64,000 nucleotides of DNA, taken from assembly GCF_006345805.1 (NCBI RefSeq), contig NC_042999.1, positions 76,942,001 to 77,006,000 on the forward strand, read 5' to 3'. The stretch comes from Octopus sinensis. Lineage: Eukaryota. Shown here in pieces: positions 53,621 to 64,000 of the stretch; the first letter of the stretch is position 1; the number at the start of each line of letters is the position of its first letter. The notes under the pieces were generated by a model, which saw nothing but the letters and a program-made list of their open reading frames with translations, was not told where the DNA came from and did not search any database. Made by a program: the position numbers and the translations under genes.

Positions 53621-56600
53621 GAAAAATTGGTTCAAATGAGAATAGCTACAAATGAGAATAGCTTCTAAAGGTGCCAAAATTTAAGAAGGCACAACAGTTG
53701 TCTACTCACAATTGCCGGAAATGGTGTTAAGACAATCATGTAACATGCAAAGGAACTTGGCTTCTGAGGCCTTTCATTTTTATGAATTTGATAGAAAGTT
53801 CATTTTCTTAGCTTAAAAATTATCATAAAATGTGGGAAACTAAACAAACTAATGATACATTCTTGAAATATTACAAAACAATATTTAGAGTGACCATAAA
53901 TGAAGATTAGTCTTCGATTTAGAATTGATGGCACCCTAAGTTGTATGTAACTTGGATACGCGTTCGCTCTTTAAAAATATTGCACCAGAACATCTCACGA
54001 AAATTGAAAATACATACTTTTATTTATTCTGAGGTCCTTGCGGATTGCGAGCTTCTTAATTTATATCTACCCCAAGAACTGATAAGCATTAAGTTTATAG
54101 CAAGTGATGAGATAAACAAACGTGAATCATATAGAGAACACTTAAGAAATATCAAGGACAAATTTAGGTGGTAACAATATTAAATACGAAATGTTATTGA
54201 AAGAAAACATATTAATAGCATACAAATTGTGAATTAAGTGAAAGAAGTTCATTTCAAATCAAGAGTTGACTATTGATAGCATAAAAATTAGCCATAAACA
54301 GTTACTGTGAAAAGTTTTGTATAGCTATATATCGATAGAAAAAAACTGTGAAACACGAAAATATTCAAGCAAGTTTCTATACAATAATACGTAAAGAAAC
54401 GGTCTTAGAAAACAAAATCAAAATTTAGGACACTAAATGTATAGAGTAAAAATTCAGTGAAAGAAAAGTAATCTAATTAGAATAGATTGAATTGCCTATG
54501 TTGAATAATTAAAAGCTGATTAGAATATATGCATATATGTTTGCATAGAATTTGTGATTTTAAAGGTAAGGAATTGTGTATGTGTGTGTGAGAGTGTGAG
54601 TGTATAGGTTGATGTGTGTGTGTGTGTGCGTGTGTGTGTGTGTGTGTACATATGTATGCATGTATGTATGCATATATACATCGAAAACCATCAGTAAGAA
54701 GAACAAGTTATAGCTATATTCATCTATTGTTACACCAGCAGCCATTTATGTGAAACCTGGATGAAGAGAGCGAAGATCTCTCTATTGATGGGGAGAGAGA
54801 GAGAGGGAGGAAGAGGGTGAGAGAATGGTGTGCAGTGTGACCGGCTGATTTTGAAAAATTTCGATTCGTAACCAGGTTCGATCCTATTGCGTGACATCTT
54901 GAGCAAATGTTCTTTTTAGACTTGGTTCGAGTTATACCTTGTAAATGGAATTGGGAAGGCAGAAATTGCCACCCGATTGGGTGTAATGTAGCTGTGCAGT
55001 ATCTTACTGGAGATTTCCGTGTTTGAATTACCGCAGTATATAACATTGAGAGACAGTGTGGTAAGCTGTTGAAGCTTTACTGTGATAATGATGACCAAAC
55101 ATTAATGAAAAATAGCAAAACATTCCATTGAACAAAAAAGATTGAGGTCATGACCGTGTACTGGTTGAGTGGATTCAACAGCGAAGAATCGAAAGTATCC
55201 AACTGACTGATAGTCATTAAACAAGTGAGAAAATAACAGGAAGAAGTGAACATTGAAGGTGTGTGAATATTCAGAAGGTTGACTGCAGAAATTTAAGAAG
55301 TATGATGGTGTAAAATGTTTGAAAACCTGTGGGAAATTACTGAAATACAACTTTAATACGAAATAACTTCGAAAATAAAAACTTTTCTCAACAACGCTAA
55401 GAGTAAAAGATTTTCTATAGGACACAGTCTACCAGTATTCGAAGTTTGAAAGTGTTTAGTTAAAGAAAATTAATTAATCGAGCTGCCCATGAAAAGGAAA
55501 AGGTCCAACCTGTTATAAAAAGGTTTCTGCAGATTATGATGCAGCTGAAAATTACATTGACGGATTTGTGAAGATGATATCTGATTAAAAAGTACACTAA
55601 TAATTTTTTTGTCTATCGTATTTTATTTAACTGTTTATTACAATAAAAATAAGATATAATATTTAAAGCCTTTAATCTCACTCAGTGTGAATATTCTTGA
55701 CACAAATGAACCATACTGTACAATACTTTCGCTAGGCCGTGTTTATATACTTTTGCTGAGCATTTGGTACATATGTGTCTTGCTTAATATGTATTTTTAC
55801 ATCCTCCTAAGCTTATCGGTGATATTTTTCTCATAATTATAGTAAGCTGGTTAAAATTTCCAAATGCCCTACTAGGCTAGGCTTGTCAATACACTGTTAT
55901 GATTTCCTTATGAGCTCAAAGCTGTAGTTCAACCTACGATCGAGACACATACAAATCACAATCTTGTTTTCAAAAGCTGGGTCTCTACCTTGGCTATTTC
56001 TGAGCATTATGACTTATAATTGAAGAGATATCCTATGAATATACCGTACTACCATTTCCTAAATCCCGAACACACCGAATTCCATAACATACCTGGTTTC
56101 AAGAGCTTAAGATAAAAGTATGTGTACTTGTATTAGATTAACATTTAATTTTAGATCATATTTTATATTTTTGAACTAAAGTTTGTACTATCTATTGCGT
56201 TACACATCGTTCGCGTATCGTTTCGTATTTTTAACTTCTAATTATTTAATATTAGCAATTTAGTCCATTATAATTAAATTAGTTGTATTTCAATGCACTT
56301 TAACACTGTAGATCTCTTTTTTTAGCAGCCTTTTTTTAAAAATATTTTCTAACCTTTCTCTACATATTGATCATTTTCAGCTGTAACCAGTTTTTGTCGT
56401 TGGTATTTAGCTATACACATTTATTCATAGTAGTTGTTAATGCCTTTTTTATAGAGTCAAATATTTATTTGAAGCGTACTACTTTCACACTTTAATATAC
56501 ATTTTGTATTCTTTTAATATATTTTCTTTCAAGAATATTTCATATCTATATGTTGTCAGCACCTAAGTTAGACCTTGATATTTCTAAAGCACAGTCAATA

Positions 56601-57410
56601 ATTCAAAATTTTTTTTACGTTATAGATTATAATTGTTTTTATAGATAGATTCAAAGCTTATCTGTGATCTCCATAAGCGTTGTTTTAAATAGATCATAAT
56701 TAGCCACGTGCGTAACAGTTTAAAAATATCTGATCATACAATCTAACTTAAATGCTGTAACAATAGAATCGAATAGACGTTAATCATTTCAGGGTTTGTT
56801 TTTAGACTACTTTTGTGAGCTTTTGCTTTCTTTTCTTCTTTCCTTCGTTTTTTTTTTCTTCGAATCTATCAGTGTTTCTCAACCATTTTTTGCTTGTCGA
56901 CCCCTTTGGTTCTTGTTTTACTCGAATGGATCCTCCAAGCCATTTGGTGTTTAAAATATCATGCTACATTTTGATAATTAAATATTATTGGGAATTGTAT
57001 AGAAAAACATTGTTAAAATAGGAGAGTATTGTAGTTCGCTTGAAGCATTGTGTATTGTTTGTAAAGAATAGAAAGTTTTGAATGGTACAACAATGCACTA
57101 TAATACAGACAATGGGCTATATTACCAGTTGTAATTTAGTCATCCATAGTCTGATATGATATTTCGGAATAATATTCCTTCTTCAAATATTATTAGATGG
57201 AGTCGCTGCTATAATCGGTTTTCTAACGGCTTTTCTGTTTTATTTTTTGGAAGCGTCTCAGCAGTGGTCTCACGATGCTCCTTCCGGAATTCCTCATGAG
57301 AAGTGTGTGAGCTCGGCCCTGTCTCAATCTCGTGTGTGCTGGTACATCCGCAGCGCTGCTTCTAAGTTATGTATTATACGTGCAGCTTCCTTTTTTTCTC
57401 ATCTGTTTTT

Positions 57411-57449
<39 letters not shown>

Positions 57450-57517
57450 TTTTTTTTTTGTTATAAACTGCAGATGAGCATATTATCAAAAATGAACCTA
57501 CACGCATCCAGATGTAT

Positions 57518-58320
57518 CTAAATAATGTATTGATTACCAACCTCCAGCATGTTGTTAATTTGGGGCCCTAGTCTGTGTATGAGTATAGCTTCCTTAATTC
57601 TTAAATTACCCAAATTTCTTTCATTGGCCTCAGTTGTGACCGTTATGCTTTTGTTGGTGTTCCGACATCTGTCTAGATGTTTTCTGAAGGAGAAGGCGCT
57701 CATGTTCAGATATTCTTCGATGCGAATGTGTAATGGTCTTGTTGTGCTACCCACATAGAGCTTGTTGCATTTGTTACGTTGTATTCTATACTCAACATTT
57801 AGCTGTTGGCATAAATCTGTGTCACTGATGGGACAGTTTGTCAGTGTACATTGATTGTTGTCCCTTGTTGGTTTCTTAGTGAGGTGTCCTCTCAGAGAAG
57901 GGCCGGAGTGGGCTAGTTGTATGTCTAGCCCTTCTCTTCTTTTGGCTCTTCGGATGGATGTAGTTATCCTCTCACTAAAATGGGGTATTTTAAGGAAGCA
58001 TGTGTTGCTGAGTTTTCTATGTGTTCGGCGTGTTGGTCGTCTTGGGTACTTAATCCGATTTACAATGGATCTAGGGTACCTGTTTGTTTTCAATATATCT
58101 AGGAAGCGTGTAGAGTGGGTTACCTTGTCCTCCGCTCTGCTGCACTTACCCTGGATGCGTGCAAGTTCATTTCTGGAGTATCCTATTTTGGCATCGAGTT
58201 GAAGTGCTGAATTGTGTGTAGTTCTTCTCTTCTATTGGCTCTTCGGATGGACGTAGTTATCCTCTCGCTAAAATGAGGTATTTTAAGGAAGCATGTGTTG
58301 CTGGGTTTTCTATGTGTTAA
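57518..58320 (-). mobile_element. Penelope-like element: RT thumb + GIY-YIG endonuclease fragment
   Basis: KIGYSRNELARIQGKCS...LKTNRYP...LKIPHFSE...CPISDTDLCQQLNVEYRIQRNKCNKLYVGSTTRPLHIRIEEY...LRIKEAILIHRLGPQIN. Confidence 0.9.
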
Positions 58321-60076
58321 AATATTTTGTGTATTGTAGAAGTATAGCCAATTTATTGCAGAAAAATTTTAACAACATAATTTTATGAGGATCACCAGGG
58401 GCTATATGGACCCTAGTTAAGAAACACCGGATTATATGTTTCCTGTATGGTGGGTTGGTTTTCCTAAGAGCCCCTGAATAATGCCGCGAGATTTGAAACT
58501 GTCAAACCGCTGTAGGTTCTTGATTCGAAGTAAATGTATATATATTCTAAATTCTAAAATACATTGCACCCTTTCTTGTGTAATTGGTCTTCTCAGAATT
58601 GAGGGTATTATATAAATATGTATGTGTGTGTATAAATATTCACACACACACACACACACACACATGAACACATGCACACACATACATGCACACACACAAA
58701 CACACATGTATATATAAGTGTATGAAGGCGTGTGTGTCTGCGCGTGTGTATAGGAACGATATTGATTACATCTAAAGCCGTTTTGTCCTGACTCACCTTT
58801 GGTAAGCGTAACTTTAACCACGATGAATTGATATCATCAGACGATATCCAACGATATGGTACCGTAATACCTTCTCTTTGGTGGCTCATCATCCCTTCTT
58901 GGCTTCCAGCTTAACTCTTCTCACTCTTGCTTTACAATATACTCACGGCGGCTATAGTCTACAACACGATATTTGCCGAACTCATTAAGACACATTACAG
59001 TGATATAAATATACAACTTCGTCAAATCTAGATGCTCCAAATGTTGATCAATTAATTTTATTGGGGTTATCTCCTATGCTTGTTGCTTTTAGATTTTAAG
59101 TACTTCTTAATAGAGTTTTCATCTACTAGGTACAGGGATAATTTCATTTAATCGGAAGTTTTCAGTTCGATAAACATTTTCCGTGAAAATCTTCCATATT
59201 TGTATTTAATGGAAATATTTTTGTACCTTACTTATTTATCCCTTATTTAATAGAAATATGTACAAATGAAAATATGGGCAAGTGGTAGTGATTTGAAGCA
59301 TATTAAAGAACGACTGACAATTCGTATAGGTACAGCATGTCTGGCCAATCAAGGATGAAATTCGTGGTTACTTTCATAGTCCTAGAGCCTCATAAGCAAT
59401 AGTGTTTATCAATCTTTTAAAACACCAAAAGAGAATATATGGATAAAGAACCTTTTCACGAATTACATGAAATGAGTAAATACTTAAACAGTAGAGACCA
59501 CCTCCACGCATCTAAGTTAGTTTCAGATTGTTGAAATATATTTTCGTGTTATTTGTCACCGAATATCACTCCGAACCGAGGAATTATGTAGAATTTGACC
59601 GTACGAGCACAGGCCGTACGAGCATAGAAAATCATTACATAGAAAGTCCACTACATAGTAATAATGATATTGGTGATAGGCTTTCAGTTCAAAATGACAT
59701 TGAATTGACCTAAACTTGTTTGGATCAGGTGGTTGCCGTCAGAGTGATTAACCTCGAAAATCGAGATGAGAGTAATTTGCTCCGACGCAGATGTTGATGG
59801 GAACGGAATAACTACAAACGCCTCTTGGTGTAAAGCTCAATTATGTATGAATAGAATTCTTTATTATTTTTGCAGAATCCACATTTCTCAACGCAAGCAC
59901 ATATTCTTAAAAATAAAATGATCACAAAACAAATGATCACCGCTAAACAAGGCACATTACAAAATCTTTAAAGAGAAAAGCATTCAGGAAAGTGCAAAGA
60001 TTTGGAGGAGGGAGTTATTGATGGTTTTATTCTAATTTATATTTTTGTTCTAACTGCTATTTATGCATGTAACAGC

Positions 60077-60522
60077 GGATCTTTTCGGTTTGAACGGCAG
60101 TATTTTTAAAATAATTTCCACGTAACTAAACACTTTTAAACTTCGTATACAGGTAGAATGTGTTTATAAAACATCTTTTTCTCTTAGTTTTATTAAGAAA
60201 ATTCTATAGTTTGTAAGATATTTTTTTTTCTCTTCAATTTCTGCAATTTCAACCAATCAATGACGTCTATTGAGGTGAAAACATTCTGTGCCGTATGAAT
60301 ATGTCTCTCGTTTAAGAAACAGATTGGGTTTATTTACATTTCTGAAGAAAAAAAGATACCCTTCCCCCACCCCTAACCCTAACGCTAACCCTAACCCTAA
60401 CCCTAATTAACCCTAACCCTAAAACAGATTGAAATGCAATAGATCGATACTAGGGTCATAATTATGGATGACAATTTCATATGACACCGCTAGAAAAACT
60501 GCCGTTCAAGCCGAAAAGATCC
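60077..60522. mobile_element. MITE with TIRs, TSD and internal (CCCTAA)n
   Basis: TIRs GGATCTTTTCGGTTTGAACGGCAGT / ACTGCCGTTCAAGCCGAAAAGATCC; flanking GTAACAGC at 60069-60076 and 60523-60530; telomere-like repeats at 60372-60423. Confidence 0.9.
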
Positions 60523-61407
60523 GTAACAGCTAATAAACTGCTATTTATCAAACTGTATTTCTATTTCTTAGTTATTTTACCGACTTTGTTTATGTAATAA
60601 ATGCATTTAAAATACTTCTTAGACTGCAGAAAGTTTACGATAATAGCACACAAATCCCCCAGGTCTTCATTATTTGGGAAGTTTACGGTAATGAGACGAG
60701 TAAAATTCAGTACATTGGGTACAATATCGATTTAATCACCGGAACACTCATTTTCAGAACGATAAACAATTAATTTATAAATATGTCAGCTATGCTAAGC
60801 GAGTACTGTTTGCGATCCGGTTTCGATTCTACACAACGAATGTAACCACGTGAAAAACAGAATCCCTATAATAGAATTAAAGTGATATTTTTCTAAACTG
60901 TTTTTACTTTGCCGCCCTCCTTGCTTCCTCATTTCATTACCGTAAAGTAATTCACGTATAAATTTATTTTCTAGAAGGGAAATTAATATAATTGTATGTC
61001 TCAGGAAATTCAATCTTTTCTGCATTATCCTCAGCATCCTTATTATAACGACATACTCATCTTCATCTTCTTCTGCTGCTGTTGATTACGTTATTAAATT
61101 ATCTCTGATGATCTCTATTTAAAAATTAATCTACACGAAAGTAGGTCAGAGTTATTTTCCTCAAAGCCTTTTCCTTTACCGTATTTTACTTGTTTGTATT
61201 ACACATTTGAATGGCAAAACGATCCAAAGAGGCTGACAGAATTATTGGATATTTTAATTTTAGGAAACAAGGGAATACGGAGTGATATATTTTAATATTA
61301 CATAACAAGTAAATAGTAACGCTTTAGATATAAGAAAAATAAAGAGTATTTTTAATATTACCAAGTTAAATAAGTTTTTTTTTTCTTTTAATATTAGATA
61401 ATGGTAA

Positions 61408-61617
61408 GGCATCAAGCTGGTAGAATCGTTAGCGTGCTGGGCAAAAATGCTTAGTAGCATTTCGTCCGGCTTTATGTTCTGATTCGACCGAGGTCGACTT
61501 TACCTTTCATCCTTTTGGGGTCGATAAAATAAGTACCATTTGATTGCTGGGATCGATGTCATCGATATGCTCTCTCTCCCCTGAAATATCTGGCCTTGTG
61601 CCTATATTTGAAACCAT
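61408..61617 (+). mobile_element. SINE of the GTCGACTTT family flanked by ~115-bp direct repeats
   Basis: Body as at 14676; flanks 61296-61407 and 61618-61734 align end to end. Confidence 0.85.
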
Positions 61618-62249
61618 TATTACATAATAGGTAAATGATAACGTTTTACACATAAGAAAAATAAAAAGTATTCTTTTAATGCTACAAAGTTAAATAAGTA
61701 AGGATTTTCTTTTTTCAGTACTAAATAATGGTAAAATAAGAAGCACTACGAAGCAGTAGTCGAAAATAGAGTACTGCTAAGATGCTACAGAATAATATAG
61801 TTAAGTGACTTGGCAAGAAGAGTAACGCATCTCTAATAGAGTAATAAACGACGTATTAAGCACGATAACATTAGTCACACGAGAGTATATTATATGAGGG
61901 GGGGGGTAAACATTATTTAACACTGCTTGAGTGAGTCAAAGACGTGGCAACAATTTAAAATCTAAATAACAAATTATCTTTAAAGAGTTGACACAACGAA
62001 GATGATCCAGTCAATTAAAATTGAAAATAGCTAATACAGTGAAAGGAAGGATATTCTAATCTTTAGCTGACGCTGTAACAGCTCCTGAAACATTTTGGAC
62101 ATATTAGGCCTCATTAGTTTTGTCCACTTCATTATAATTTGAAATGTATGTCTCTGAAATCGATTCAGTCGACTTTATATCGCCTCTTAAATGTGTGAAT
62201 GTGTATCAGTGAGAAAATATCTAAAATATTTTATGAATTCTGTGCACAT

Positions 62250-62284
<35 letters not shown>

Positions 62285-62305
62285 TACATATATATATATA
62301 TATAT

Positions 62306-62337
<32 letters not shown>

Positions 62338-62345
62338 ATATAATA

Positions 62346-62886
62346 TATATATATAAAACTGAAATGCGTTTTTACCGCTTGGTTCGCTTTCAATGCCACT
62401 AGGTCCCGTCCGATTCGCTTCAAAATTTACAGGGACATGTAGAATGATGTGACGATGCTCGTGGGCTACCTTAGAAATCCCTAGCTTAAAAAGTGTGGTT
62501 GCTAGGGACCATCTTCCTCACTCACGCTATTTCCTCCATTCACCCTCTCACTCCCCTTCTTTTGACAAGTCCACTCCAGTTATTTAATGTAAAGTCTTCC
62601 TCAAATCACTCTCTCGCTATTTCCTCTCTTCCAAGAACATTTTCACTCACTCTATCTCTTAGCTTCCCATACATTTTACTCATGTATCTTTCTGCGTTCA
62701 TAGACAGAAACAAATATTACATCGCCATCGCCATCGCATTCTATTGTCTACCTGTCAACACACACACACACACATATATACATATATCTAATATTATCTT
62801 TTTATTTTTATGTTTTTGTTTTTTTGTTTTTTACTGTTTCATTTCCCTATTAGTGGTTTTATCTCTAATTTAATTTCTACAGCGTG

Positions 62887-62918
<32 letters not shown>

Positions 62919-64000
62919 TATGTGGCCCCAGTAGACCCGAATGAAATCGGGTTCTCTTCATCAAAATGTGAAAAGGGGTCTAGAATTATCATCGCCACAT
63001 GTTCGAAGCGGTACCCTAGAGACTATTGCGGTCAAACCTGCACTACGAATGACGTATATCCCATCTACCGAAGGCGTGACCCAGGTTTGGGTGGCCGCAC
63101 AGCTACAATTAGACAACGGCTAAAAACATTAGATGTTGATAATGCCTGGATCGTTCCATTCAACCCTTTGCTTTCCAAAACATTTAATGCACACATTAAT
63201 GTTGAGTACTGCAGTTCGGTGAGATGCATACAATACCTCTGCAAGTACATTAATAAGGGCGATGATATGGCCGTGTTTGTGTTCAGTGATGAAGACCTTA
63301 GACATGACGAAATTAAACAATTCGTTTTGGGTAGGTATGTATCCTCCAATTATGCAGCGTGGCGCATTTTTGGATACGAGATTCATCTAAGCTCACCATC
63401 AGTTTTCCACCTGAATGTTCATTTACAGAAGAGACAGCTGGTTTACTTCACAGAGAAAAATGCACGTCAAGTCATTGAAAATTCAAAAGAGACTACGCTT
63501 ACAGCATTTTTTAAATTGTGTTCAGTTGATGAGTTTGCTGCTACTCTCATTTACCCTGGAGTACCGGAATATTACACATACAACAACAATAATTGGAAGC
63601 ACAGGTCACATGGAACAGAACTTGACAATTGGCCCGGTGTTTCTAGGAAGAACGTCATTGGGCGTGTGTATAATATTCATCCTACCAAATAGGAAATCTT
63701 CTTTTTGAGAATGCTACTTCATGTAGTTACTGGACCGAAGTCTTTTGCTGATCTTCGCACGGTTGATGGTATCATCTGCGCCACTTACAGAGAAGCATGT
63801 TTGAGGCGCGGACTTCTCAATGACGACCACTTACACAGGACATTAACAGAGGCCTCAAATTGTAAGCTGCCATGGCAAATGCGTCGATTGTTTTGTAGCA
63901 TATTAATCCACTGCAATCCCAGCAACCCTCTTAACCTTTGGGAATCGTTCAGACAGAGCCTATCAAAGGACATACAGGCTAATTTAGCGCTACGTGATGG
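62346..64000 (+). mobile_element. Helitron with an internal deletion, continuing beyond the window
   Basis: 62346-62982 is homologous to the 5' part of the 46350 element; RepHel coding sequence follows. Confidence 0.9.
62983..64000 (+). pseudogene. Helitron RepHel fragment (post-Rep region) with one in-frame TAG
   Basis: CSKRYPR...YPIYRRR...VDNAWIVPFNPLLSKTFNAHINVEYCSSVRCIQYLCKYINKGDD...GRYVSS..AAWRIF...HLNVHL...TTLTAFFKLC...GRVY. After TAG 63690-63692 the same frame continues EIFFLRMLLHVVTGPKSFADLRTVDG...TYREACLRRGLL to the window end. Confidence 0.92.

Noticed and set aside
57247-57477. GC-richer 76-aa ORF beside the Penelope element
   Set aside because: No recognisable homology on either strand; likely TE-associated sequence.
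60372-60423. Telomere or chromosome-fusion relic
   Set aside because: The hexamers are internal to a TIR/TSD-bounded element.

Overview
Eukaryotic, AT-rich, repeat-dominated DNA with very dense micro- and minisatellites. The SINE repertoire (tRNA-headed families, an RTE-tailed SINE, the GTCGACTTTGCCTTTCATCC family) looks like that of Octopus or coleoid cephalopods; this is recall-based inference, not a database result. No intact host protein-coding gene can be supported, and most of the ORF track is microsatellite artefact. Recognisable content is transposon debris: a Helitron RepHel fragment running off the right end, a complete non-autonomous Helitron of the same family (46350-48661), Tc1/mariner, maT-like and Chapaev3-like remnants, several MITEs, CR1-group, RTE, R4/Dong-like and Penelope retroelement remnants, and many SINEs. 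The most notable signals are a Penelope-type minimal hammerhead ribozyme fold (13225-13357), a SINE flanked by ~115-bp direct repeats, two different SINEs stacked at one target site (triple TSD), and a possible TATA promoter plus signal-peptide first exon at 6430-6526. I did not find convincing evidence of a wholly new biological system.
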